From a candidate division FCPU426 bacterium (GTDB lineage: Bacteria > Oederibacteriota > Muellerivitia > Muellerivitales > Muellerivitaceae): a DNA stretch of 64,000 bases. The stretch is from NCBI GenBank assembly GCA_963771075.1, contig CAVYSE010000006.1:32001-96000 (forward strand). The letters are read 5' to 3'. This document shows, in pieces, positions 50,175-58,803 of the stretch. A program made the position numbers and the translations under genes. The stretch's first letter is position 1; each line of letters opens with the position of its first letter. The notes beneath the pieces were generated by a model. The model made no database searches and was not told the origin of the DNA. It saw only the letters and a list, made by a program, of their open reading frames with translations.

Positions 50175-51140
50175 TTACATTCCCCGCATGAACTCGTAGA
50201 TCATGTCGTCGAAATGCGGGATGTGTTCGTGGGCGAAATCGTGGTAGAGGACCATCTTTTTTTTCTTGTGCCGAACGTTGTTGAAGGCCGCGAACTGGGT
50301 GGAAGGCGGGCAAATGGTATCCGCCAGGGTAACGCCCATTAATACCTCCGCCTTGATGCGGGGCGCCAGGTGGTGGACATCGATATAGCCCAGCCGGGTG
50401 AATATCTCCTTCTCCCGATTATGATGGGGATCGAATTGCCGGAAATAGTAGGTGAGTTCCTCATAGGCGCCCTTGGCCAAGTCCAGTTCCCAAACCCGCT
50501 GGTAGTCGGAGAGGAATGGATGGATGGGCGCAATCCGCTTGATCTCAGGGGCCAAAGCCGCACAGGCCAGCGTCAGGCCACCGCCTTGGCTGCCTCCCAG
50601 GGCCCCCATCCGATGGGGGTCCACCCCCGGAAGGGAAGCGACAATACGAACCAACTGGGCCGTATCCAAAAAGATCTGGCGGAAAAGGAGGTTTTCCGGC
50701 TTGTCGTCCAAACCCCGGATGAAATGGCCCCGCAGGGTGGTACCCGTCACCCCTCCCCTATCTTCGGAAGAACCGCCTTGGCCACGGCAGTCCATATTGG
50801 CCACTGTAAAGCCGGAGGCCACGTACCCCAGTTTGTCGCTCCAATCGCTGGAAGCCACACTGTAACCGTGGAACATGAATAGGGCGGGCTGTGGGCTGGA
50901 AGATTTTTTAGGTCTCATGAGCTTGGAGTGGATACGGGAGCCGCCCACGCCCGTGAAATAGAGGTCGAAACAGTCGGCGAAATTCGACCGGATGGTCTTA
51001 TTGGGTTTGATCTCTACCTCGGGATCGAGGGCCCGCATTTCCTTAAGGCCCCGGTCCCAGAAAGCGTCAAAATCAGCCGGTTTGGGGTTGGTGCCACGGT
51101 AGGTCCTGAGTTTGCTTAAGGGAAGGTCGAAGGTTTGCAA
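50175..51140 (-). CDS. Acetyl xylan esterase / cephalosporin-C deacetylase (CE7)
   Basis: PADFDAFW, FHGY, DCRGQ, GGSQGG, D.ICPPSTQFA and HE motifs. Confidence 0.92.
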   Translation of the reverse strand: MQTFDLPLSKLRTYRGTNPKPADFDAFWDRGLKEMRALDPEVEIKPNKTIRSNFADCFDLYFTGVGGSRIHSKLMRPKKSSSPQPALFMFHGYSVASSDWSDKLGYVASGFTVANMDCRGQGGSSEDRGGVTGTTLRGHFIRGLDDKPENLLFRQIFLDTAQLVRIVASLPGVDPHRMGALGGSQGGGLTLACAALAPEIKRIAPIHPFLSDYQRVWELDLAKGAYEELTYYFRQFDPHHNREKEIFTRLGYIDVHHLAPRIKAEVLMGVTLADTICPPSTQFAAFNNVRHKKKKMVLYHDFAHEHIPHFDDMIYEFMRGM

Positions 51141-51163
51141 AGAATGACTCCTTATGGGGGGTG

Positions 51164-52081
51164 TTAAAAGTAAAAGTGAACCGCGCCGTTGAAAATGGAA
51201 AAGGCATTTGAATTGAAACCCGTGGTCAAGACATAACTGGCATAATGGGTGTTGACGCTGCTGGAAAAGGCAGGATTGTAGAAAGTGTCCTGCTCATTGA
51301 ACGACAAGCTCGAGCTTAACCCCACGCTTCCCTCGATGGAAAGGCTCTCCCAGAAGGGAACGAAGGCCTCAAAGCCAACCCCCAGGAACAGATTCACGAC
51401 CTGGTTTTGGTTGTAATAATATTGTGAGCCATAGGTGTATCCGTTGGAAACATCCGAGTAGACCTGCTCCGCATATGTTTCGGAAAAGGACAGGCGTTCG
51501 ATCCACTGGACGAAAACGTCCTTGACGGGCCGATTGAAATTTTCCTTTAAACCCACCGAGAGGCCGTAGTTCCAGGTGGGCACCTGGATGCTGCCGCCCG
51601 AGAAATCGTAACTGTTGGTCTGGCTGTAAGTCCCCCCCAAGTAAATGTCCAGCGCCGTCGCGTCATCCATCCAATAACGGTAAGCGAACGCGGTGGGGAT
51701 ATTGGTTAAGGAGGCGATCCCGACCCCCGTTCTGCCTTTCAAATGCTCGGGGGAAAAGGGGGCGGGTATGGGGGATGGGGTGGGGACGGCCGTTTCGCTC
51801 GGGGTTGGGGTGGGAGAGGCGGTTTGGGCCCAGGAAGCCCCTGTCACGACGAGTAGCCAACTGAAAAAAATAAGGGAACTATGCACTTGGCAAAGCTTGC
51901 CAGTAAACCCTCGCCCCTTGAGGGAGAGGGCCAGGGTGAGGGGTGCTTTGCGGCAGGAATTCCCCCTCATCCCAACCTTCTCCCTCCCGGGGAGAAGGGG
52001 AACCCATGAAAAACTGGTTTTTGCCCTTAATGCATTGCCAAGTGCATAGTCCTGAAAAATAGTATTAAGAAAGCGCATCAT
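51164..52081 (-). CDS. Probable outer-membrane beta-barrel protein with a repeat-derived N-terminal segment
   Basis: Amphipathic strands, C-terminal GAVHFYF, signal peptide ending ASWA-Q, and GGAGG RBS before the ATGs at 52078/52081. Confidence 0.65.
   Translation of the reverse strand: MMRFLNTIFQDYALGNALRAKTSFSWVPLLPGREKVGMRGNSCRKAPLTLALSLKGRGFTGKLCQVHSSLIFFSWLLVVTGASWAQTASPTPTPSETAVPTPSPIPAPFSPEHLKGRTGVGIASLTNIPTAFAYRYWMDDATALDIYLGGTYSQTNSYDFSGGSIQVPTWNYGLSVGLKENFNRPVKDVFVQWIERLSFSETYAEQVYSDVSNGYTYGSQYYYNQNQVVNLFLGVGFEAFVPFWESLSIEGSVGLSSSLSFNEQDTFYNPAFSSSVNTHYASYVLTTGFNSNAFSIFNGAVHFYF
51908..52000. repeat. REP-like palindrome inside a coding region
   Basis: Inverted arms CCCTCGCCCCTTGAGGGAGAGGGCCAGGGTGAGGGG and CCCCTCATCCCAACCTTCTCCCTCCCGGGGAGAAGGGG. 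Confidence 0.8.
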
Positions 52082-52242
52082 GGTCCTCCATTCATATAAC
52101 ATCTAAAAAAGACTTTGCCATTTTCATCTAAAGGGCAGGCGCTTGCAGTAAAAAAACGTGGGCCCCAGCGCGAAGCCTTTGGGTTAAAATAAAGTGGTAT
52201 TCAATCAAACATTTCACGGGCCGGTATGAGAAGGGGGATCCT

Positions 52243-52677
52243 ATGAGAAAAATAGCGGTGTTATTAGTTTTATGCGGCTTGTTTTCATTGTTTTGTTTTA
52301 TCCCGGCCTGCCAAATCAACCCGCCAAGTTCCTCCGCTAGCGCTTCCTCGGCAACCAAGTCGGGCACGGTAGCCATTAATGATGTCGCTATTGGAACTTG
52401 CCCGGTGAACGTGTGGCTCGACACCACGGGGCCCGTCACCATCCTTCCTGGCACCCTCTATCAATTTACGAATGTCTCCTCCGGGACCCATAACCTGACC
52501 GTCAATACGACAGCGACCGTTTCATGCTCCGCCACCCCCGGACCCTGCATGATCGCGAACTATGGTTCCACCATGACAGGCTACAGTTGTGAATTCGGTT
52601 TGAGCAGCGGAGCTGTTACTTTGACGGGTTCCATCACGGATAATGGCTGTAATATCCTCTCGGTTGAGTGTCCTTGA
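52243..52677 (+). CDS. Putative Cys-rich lipoprotein
   Basis: Basic N-terminus, hydrophobic core, IPA-C lipobox-like site, Ser-rich linker and paired Cys. Confidence 0.65.
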   Translation: MRKIAVLLVLCGLFSLFCFIPACQINPPSSSASASSATKSGTVAINDVAIGTCPVNVWLDTTGPVTILPGTLYQFTNVSSGTHNLTVNTTATVSCSATPGPCMIANYGSTMTGYSCEFGLSSGAVTLTGSITDNGCNILSVECP

Positions 52678-52858
52678 CCCTGCCTTTGGGTGTCAAAGCC
52701 AACCCAGGGCCCTTTTCACCTTCGATCAACCTTGAAATAGCCCCTCAAATTTAGCTTTCTTTGCCAAGCTTTTGGGGAAGTTAGCAGTGGGTGCCGGGCA
52801 GTTCAGCGTAATGGCTGGAATAGGCATGGAGGGTGCCGACAACATCGTCAAGATATTC

Positions 52859-53077
52859 CATGCTTATTCGAACAGCGCCCGCTAGTTGCGCGAAAACGGC
52901 TTTTCAATATCCCCCCCCCTTGAAAAAGGGGGGAAGGGGGGTATTAGGCGTTACGGTGGAATTGGCGGAAAAGCTAACTCCCCCTTTTTCCCCCTCTTTC
53001 AGAGGGGGAGAACAGTGTATGGCCTGCGGATGAATACAAAAGTCCATGAACCAACGGGCGCTGTTCGGATAAGCATG
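52859..53077. mobile_element. MITE-like element with about 29-bp terminal inverted repeats around a poly-C/poly-G palindrome
   Basis: CATGCTTATTCGAACAGCGCCCG and CGGGCGCTGTTCGGATAAGCATG (22/23 complementary); the core is shared with 62076-62333. Confidence 0.7.
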
Positions 53078-53175
53078 AGATCTTCGGGCCTTGATCCCTA
53101 ATTCACTCGGGATTAGCGCATCGCTACCGCTTAGTCCCTTTTCCGATTACTTCCAGGGATAAATGAGGAGCCGAA

Positions 53176-53661
53176 TTAATTTTGCAGGGACCAATGGGGT
53201 ATGCGGATGGAGTCCCAAAGTTTGATGGGTTTGGTCTTGGGCGCGCTCTTTAATGTGGCGCTCACTGTGGGGAAACTCGTGATGGAACGGCCAAGGTCCA
53301 GGGCTTCGAAGGATTCCAAGACTGAACCTAGCTCGGCGGTGACCCGGTTTTTCCGGTTTGACCGGGCCGGGCCCGGGGCTTCGACAGTCCCATTTAAACC
53401 GGTCAGGATGAATTGGCCTCCCAATTTTTTTACCTGTTGATGGGCAAAAAGGATCAAACCCCATCCGGAAGCGCAAACAGAAGGGCAATGGGTCAGGTCA
53501 AGGATGAGGGTACCCGAGCCGTATTTGGCGATATAAGTTCCCAAACGCTCGGCCATATCGGGAAGCGAAGGGCTTTCCAACGGACTCTTGAGGCGTAGGA
53601 GATATCCTTCCTCAAGTTTTTGGGGTTCCAACACCAGTTCGAGAGTTTGAAATCGTGCCAT
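53176..53661 (-). CDS. STAS-domain (anti-sigma factor antagonist-like) protein
   Basis: LILDLTHCPSVCASGWGLIL..HQQVKKLGGQFILTGL motif; AAGGAGG RBS. Confidence 0.7.
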   Translation of the reverse strand: MARFQTLELVLEPQKLEEGYLLRLKSPLESPSLPDMAERLGTYIAKYGSGTLILDLTHCPSVCASGWGLILFAHQQVKKLGGQFILTGLNGTVEAPGPARSNRKNRVTAELGSVLESFEALDLGRSITSFPTVSATLKSAPKTKPIKLWDSIRIPHWSLQN

Positions 53662-53880
53662 GTCGGCCTCCTTCACTTTTTGTGTTCCGGTCTTCTCTAT
53701 TCGCATAGGTCGTGCCAAGGGTTGGAATTGAAAAGCGACACAATCGGGCCGATGCTTTGGGGACCTTAACCGAAGTTATACATTTTTGTCGTTGCCGCAA
53801 AGGAGTTCCTGACATTCTTGTCGTTTAAAGGTTCCGCCTTGGAAGCCATATATTGTTAAAATGCGGGGGTTTAGTCCTGG

Positions 53881-53957
53881 GTGCCCATAGCTCAATTGGA
53901 TAGAGCTTCTGACTTCGGATCAGAAGGTTGCAGGTTCAAGTCCTGCTGGGCATACCA
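53881..53957 (+). tRNA. tRNA-Arg, anticodon UCG
   Basis: Acceptor stem GTGCCCA/TGGGCAT, anticodon arm TCTGA-CT-TCG-GA-TCAGA, T-loop GTTCAAG and encoded CCA. Confidence 0.96.
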
Positions 53958-54138
53958 TTTTTTAATACCATTCAATGGGTGGGTCTAGTGCCAGACGAAT
54001 TTTCCGGCCTGGGCGTTCCATTTTTAAGGTCCAGAGTCCCTATCGCGCGAAGGGCCGCGTCCCACGGAAAAGGCTCGTCTAAGAACACGGCCTAATACGC
54101 CCACTCGATCAAAAGTTCAGAATTGTTGGAGATCCTCC

Positions 54139-55239
54139 ATGACAAAGATCAGACGATGGGTTGTTTGGAAACTCCTACCTGGCTCTTTTGTTTTTGCTTC
54201 ATTCGTTCTCTCGCTATTGCTTTCAAAGGACGTGCATTCGCAAACACCATTGCCTGAACAAGATAAATATGTTTTCAAACATTACATGTTGATTCCTTGG
54301 GGCGAGGGTAAAGGGAAGCTTACTTTAAGACTTGATCAAGAGAAGATTCATTTGCCTTCCCCTGACACGCCCAAATGGGCGTTAGAAAAAAACAAGGCAT
54401 ACTACAACGCGACTGTAACAAGGCAATTTGCTCCCTCAACATTTAAGCTGGACGATGAGGGAAATGTATATATCCCAGATTACTTGGCTAAACCACCAGT
54501 TCTTAAAAAATTCGACATGAAAGGGAACGAGGCCGCTAGTATTGAGATTAATCCCAGGGAAAAGTTGTATTTTTTTTTATTTTGGATTCAGGATGACAAA
54601 ATCATTCTTAAAAATGGTATAGCTCATGAAGTGGAATATTTAAGACGGAGTGACCTCTCTGTATTGAAGAAATTCTCAATTCCGAAAGAATATGATATGA
54701 CTTTTTCAAAAGCAATAAACGGCGTTCTCCTCAAACGAACTGGGGTGGAACCCAATAAACCATCGGTTTTTGTCTTTGATGAGGAAGAAAGAAAAGCAAA
54801 CCCTGCCGCCGAGAATGATTATTTATATGACTTCAGTGATGGCAAGCATATCGGGTTAAATTTGGGACAAATGGAGATTTTGAATTTATCCTCGAAAGTC
54901 AAAGAGTGGACAAATGAAAAAATTTGGGACTGGAATTCTGAATATCAGGATAAATTTGGAAATATTTTCCTAACTGCAACAACCGATATTGAGCATTGGC
55001 CTGCAGTGCATTGGAATGAAAACAAAAAAGGTATTTATGAAACGACTATATTTAAAACCGATAAATCCGGGTCATTGCTTCTTACCATGAAGATAAAATT
55101 GCCAACCTTAGGAGAATTGGACCCAGGAATACACAAGCTTGCCTTTGTTTTTGATAAAAATGGAAATATTTATTATTGCTGGAGTGGTAAAGATGGGTTC
55201 CATATTGATGAATACCAATATTTAAATGAAAAAGAATAA
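54139..55239 (+). CDS. AT-rich secreted hypothetical protein, possibly a beta-propeller
   Basis: Signal peptide and repeated D..GN.Y motifs; visibly lower GC than the core genes. Confidence 0.7.
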   Translation: MTKIRRWVVWKLLPGSFVFASFVLSLLLSKDVHSQTPLPEQDKYVFKHYMLIPWGEGKGKLTLRLDQEKIHLPSPDTPKWALEKNKAYYNATVTRQFAPSTFKLDDEGNVYIPDYLAKPPVLKKFDMKGNEAASIEINPREKLYFFLFWIQDDKIILKNGIAHEVEYLRRSDLSVLKKFSIPKEYDMTFSKAINGVLLKRTGVEPNKPSVFVFDEEERKANPAAENDYLYDFSDGKHIGLNLGQMEILNLSSKVKEWTNEKIWDWNSEYQDKFGNIFLTATTDIEHWPAVHWNENKKGIYETTIFKTDKSGSLLLTMKIKLPTLGELDPGIHKLAFVFDKNGNIYYCWSGKDGFHIDEYQYLNEKE

Positions 55240-55325
55240 TAGAGCATTTGTTTATAGTAGTCCCTTTGGAGTTCCCCCAATATTCGATCCAAGTTTAGAC
55301 CTGTTTTTCAGAAGACTCCCCTTAT

Positions 55326-55353
55326 TGTCCACGCTGGGTCCCCAGCGTGGACA
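55326..55353. terminator. Perfect hairpin between convergent genes
   Basis: TGTCCACGCTGGG-TC-CCCAGCGTGGACA. Confidence 0.5.
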
Positions 55354-55378
55354 CCTAAAAATACTTCAAAGAAAAAAG

Positions 55379-55738
55379 TCAGAAACTCACTGTCATATCC
55401 ACGGTTTTAATCAAATCTTCCGGCTTCGCTCCAAGTGCCTTTGCAAGCCCGGTAATTACGTCCAAGGTTGGATTATATCCGCTGTTTACATTCTCAATAT
55501 TCTGGATGGTCCGGCTGGTAACCCCGGAACGTTCCGCAAGCTCTACCTGGGTAAACCCGTGTTTATTCCGCAAGTTCAAGATGTTCCATGCAAGATTGAT
55601 GTGGGGGTCCGGGTGTTTCAAAGCGGCGTAAATATCAGGGCGTTTCTTTTTCAGGATTTGGGCGTGCTCTTGAAGCGACACCCCCGGCAATTCCGTCTTT
55701 TTAGTTGCTGGCTGTTTCATTTCAACCCTCTCCTTCAA
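55379..55738 (-). CDS. XRE-family HTH protein, HigA-like antitoxin
   Basis: LRNKHGFTQVELAERSGVTSRTIQNIEN...NPTLDVI motif; overlaps the upstream toxin-like gene. Confidence 0.85.
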   Translation of the reverse strand: MKERVEMKQPATKKTELPGVSLQEHAQILKKKRPDIYAALKHPDPHINLAWNILNLRNKHGFTQVELAERSGVTSRTIQNIENVNSGYNPTLDVITGLAKALGAKPEDLIKTVDMTVSF

Positions 55739-56027
55739 GTGCTTTAAGTTCTTCGATGTATTTCTGTAAAGCCTGCTTTTCCTTTTCCCTCGGCTCCCCG
55801 CCCCTTTGAATGTGGGCCGTTAAGACAAAAAGGGCGTTGAGTTTGAGGGACAGGTAATAATTAACGACAAGAACCCGGTCCGGCCCCTTAATAACCTTCT
55901 CAAAATGCCGGGTACGGTCTTTCTCAAAGGCCAGGGCTAACGCTTGAACCCTGAAAAGGCCGTATTCCTTGCCCGTCATCACAGAGTCTGCAAACTCCTG
56001 GAAAAACCCCATCAACTTGATTTGCAT
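55722..56027 (-). CDS. Divergent RelE/HigB-like toxin candidate
   Basis: 101 aa in toxin-first order, with an RV..NYY...LFVLTAH...EKQAL pattern and GGAGGA RBS. Confidence 0.55.
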   Translation of the reverse strand: MQIKLMGFFQEFADSVMTGKEYGLFRVQALALAFEKDRTRHFEKVIKGPDRVLVVNYYLSLKLNALFVLTAHIQRGGEPREKEKQALQKYIEELKALEGEG

Positions 56028-56041
56028 CTAATCCTCCAAGA

Positions 56042-56070
56042 AGTATACGAAATATATTTCGTGTTGTCAA
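56042..56070 (-). promoter_or_regulatory. Promoter with overlapping operator palindrome for the toxin-antitoxin pair
   Basis: TTGACA-17 nt-TATACT, with a perfect 16-bp palindrome ACGAAATATATTTCGT at 56047-56062. Confidence 0.8.
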
Positions 56071-56217
56071 ACCAACCCCAAACCCTAATTAACACCATCC
56101 TAAACCCACACACCATCCGGGATGGTGATATCAGCGATCGAAATGAAAGCGATTCTGGCTTGAGTCCACAAGCCTAGATGCCTATGTTTTTCTGCGAGCT
56201 GCGGACTGTCGACTTCT

Positions 56218-58803
56218 TTAAGGAACCAATAATTGGTACAACCGCCTTTCAGGGTTGGGGGTCTCGTCCGATTGGAAATCCTCGGACCTTCTCGCTTTAT
56301 CCCAATCCTGGGGCGTCACGACGTAAAGGTTGTGTTTCCCGGGCGCGAGGCCTTGAAGGCCCGCCTCCAGTTTTTCCCGGTTAAGCTGTGCGTCGGCGTC
56401 ATAATCCACTCCCCAAATTCTAAACCCGAAGGGTTCTGATCCTGTAGCGTGGCCGAAGGCCTCTGCTACAGGGCTGTTGTCCCACATCACCGCCGGCCTG
56501 CCTTGGTCATCCAGCCGGACGCCCTGGTTGATATAGGGCACACCGCCGATAGGTACGCCGTGCCCGCCCTGCGCTTTTTGGATGAAAAATTCCATGGCCG
56601 AAACCAGGTGCTCCATGGTCTGCGCGCCGGCGCATTGCACCATGAAGGGCTTTTTCAGGCTGGACGCCACCACGCCGCAATAGTAGGAAGTCCCCGGGTG
56701 GTCCGACACCGTTTCGATTTTGGAGCAATGGATGGCCCGGACGTCTTCCCAAAAGAACGCGGTTTTCGCCGGGCTGGCGCCCACCCCCAGGAAATTGCCC
56801 GCCAGGTTTCCCAGCGCGTCCCCCGGCAGGTTCAGGGTGAGCCCCGTGGCGCCCACTTGGACCGACTGGATCTGTTTCTTGTCGTGCCCCTGCACGAGGA
56901 TGTATTTGTCCGGGTCCGCCAGGTCTTGCAGGCGTCCCGTGGCCATGCCCTCGCCCATGGCGCTATCCACCGTGACCGGGCAATCCACGATCCGGCAGGG
57001 CTGGCGGAAAACAGCTAATTCCGCATCGAGTATGTCCCTATCTTCATCGGTGGCTGACCAGGGTTTGGAAGGAATGTAAGTAGAAAGGGTAGTAGTCGAC
57101 GGTCGACGGTCCACAGTCGACAGGGAAACCTTGGACGGTCGTCGACGGTCGGTAGCCTGCCCTGAGCCCCGTCGAAGGGTTGGCAGTGAGGCTTTAGGGG
57201 TTGATTGAATCGGAGAAGGCACCGATGGGGCCGGTGTCGTTTGGGCGGGCGCGCTCACGGTTGGGAGCCCTGAAGGGAGGGTGACATGCAACACCCCCAT
57301 CCACCAGCCCCGGAACAACCAGGCCACGACCAGGACAGCCGCTACCCCGAACAGGACACCCCTCGGGGGGCGGGCGGTTTCGTATAACAGCCAAAGGAGA
57401 GTCCCCCCAAGAATCAAGGCCGTTACCGGCTCATGAAGGGCTTGGCCCGCCAACCCCAGGATGACCTGCCCAAAAAGCAGGTGAACCAGGTAACCTGTCA
57501 AGTGGTCGAACCAGGCCCTAGTGAAGGTCAGTAAATGCCCCACCAGGAACCCGGTCACGGCTATGACGCCCAAATAAGAAAACGGGAGCATAAGCAGGTA
57601 AAGCCCCCAATGCCTGGCGAGAAGAATCAGGCTGACACCCGATCCACTATGGGAATGTGAAGAGTGGGAACCGCCGGGGTGGCCCACGGGAACCATCTTG
57701 TTCGCCAGGTACTTGCAAGGGCGATGGGGCAGGGTTAAAAATTTCCAAAAAAGCTTGAAGGCTTCTTTGCCCGATTTGGGGGCCAATTTGGCGATGTTTG
57801 GGCCCAAACCCGCGATTACCCCCAATACCCACGTATTGAATTTCGTCAAAAGGCCGGTCTTTGCCTTCTGGTCAACTTCTCCCGGCTTATCCGGGGTGAC
57901 GGCTGTAATGGTTTCCGCCGGCGTTCCCCCATCACCAGGACCACCCCCTGGGCCGGGACCACCCCCTGGGCCGGGACCACCCTTAGGGGGCCCCTTCTTT
58001 TTTGAGGGTTTCACAACCGGCTTGTAATCCTCCGGGGCGCCCCCCGCCTGGATATGGGCCACCAGGCCTTTGACCTGGGGTTCGGTGAATTGGCGGTCGA
58101 TAACGACCGGGAGGGCCTTATCGATGTCTTCCGGGTCGCTCAGGTCGTTCAAACGGTAGATTGGGTCCTTATCAATTTTCAGGGTTTTTTGAGGATTCTT
58201 GCAAATTGCAAGAATTTCATTAATCGCCTTATTTTTGATACGTGGGATAAATTGCAATGCATGGCTCACCGCCCGGGTATCCGCCTCAAATAAATCAGCG
58301 ATTTCCTGGTTTTTGATGTTTGGGATGATCTTTTTCAACTCAACCATCGCCAGATAGTCCTCGAACCAGCCTGGCTTGAACCCCCGGTTACCCTTGATGG
58401 ATTCCTGGTAGGCCTCGTCGGGGGTCAGGTTCTTGATATAGGCGTCAATTTCCTTATCCCCGTTCTTCAGGGCCGCCCGGTAGCGGATTTCCCCATCCAC
58501 AATCTCATACAAGATGTTCTTATCCGGTTCCACCTGGGCTGAAGCCACTAACTGAGGCCCAAGGTTAGGTTGTGTCGGTTCCAAAGATGAACCGGCGTCC
58601 ACCTTCTCCTGGTCGGTCAGGGGGCGGAGGATAATGGGGTTGGCCGGACCCTTGCCGGCCATGCTGGCCCGCCTGGCCTCGACCATGTCTTCCAGGATGA
58701 TCTTCCGGGTGTTGCGTTTGCTGGGGCGGATTTGGGACAGGGGGACCCGTCGCAAGGATGAAGAAGTCTGGGGTATTGCCTGGTTAGATAATTCATCGGC
58801 CAT
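56218..58803 (-). CDS. ParB/Srx N-terminal domain + HTH + multi-pass membrane region + C-terminal soluble domain
   Basis: VPLSQIRPS..NTRK, PIILRP and YEIVDGEIRYRAA ParB motifs; NQEIADLFEADTRAVSHAL HTH; several hydrophobic helices; GGAGG RBS. Confidence 0.75.
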   Translation of the reverse strand: MADELSNQAIPQTSSSLRRVPLSQIRPSKRNTRKIILEDMVEARRASMAGKGPANPIILRPLTDQEKVDAGSSLEPTQPNLGPQLVASAQVEPDKNILYEIVDGEIRYRAALKNGDKEIDAYIKNLTPDEAYQESIKGNRGFKPGWFEDYLAMVELKKIIPNIKNQEIADLFEADTRAVSHALQFIPRIKNKAINEILAICKNPQKTLKIDKDPIYRLNDLSDPEDIDKALPVVIDRQFTEPQVKGLVAHIQAGGAPEDYKPVVKPSKKKGPPKGGPGPGGGPGPGGGPGDGGTPAETITAVTPDKPGEVDQKAKTGLLTKFNTWVLGVIAGLGPNIAKLAPKSGKEAFKLFWKFLTLPHRPCKYLANKMVPVGHPGGSHSSHSHSGSGVSLILLARHWGLYLLMLPFSYLGVIAVTGFLVGHLLTFTRAWFDHLTGYLVHLLFGQVILGLAGQALHEPVTALILGGTLLWLLYETARPPRGVLFGVAAVLVVAWLFRGWWMGVLHVTLPSGLPTVSAPAQTTPAPSVPSPIQSTPKASLPTLRRGSGQATDRRRPSKVSLSTVDRRPSTTTLSTYIPSKPWSATDEDRDILDAELAVFRQPCRIVDCPVTVDSAMGEGMATGRLQDLADPDKYILVQGHDKKQIQSVQVGATGLTLNLPGDALGNLAGNFLGVGASPAKTAFFWEDVRAIHCSKIETVSDHPGTSYYCGVVASSLKKPFMVQCAGAQTMEHLVSAMEFFIQKAQGGHGVPIGGVPYINQGVRLDDQGRPAVMWDNSPVAEAFGHATGSEPFGFRIWGVDYDADAQLNREKLEAGLQGLAPGKHNLYVVTPQDWDKARRSEDFQSDETPNPERRLYQLLVP
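57095..57179. repeat. Heptamer tandem repeats plus a REP-like half site inside the CDS
   Basis: GTCGACG-GTCGACG-GTCCACA-GTCGACA, followed by GCCTGCCCTGAGCCCCGTCGAAGGG. Confidence 0.65.
57938..57981. repeat. 18-bp in-frame tandem repeat (about 2.4 copies) encoding GGPGPG
   Basis: GGACCACCCCCTGGGCCG twice, plus a partial copy. Confidence 0.85.

Noticed and set aside
52833..53101. ORFs 52833-53033 and 52886-53101
   Set aside because: They coincide with the MITE-like palindrome and are probably non-coding.
55226..55747. 173-aa plus-strand ORF
   Set aside because: It is antisense to the XRE gene and spans a terminator-like hairpin.
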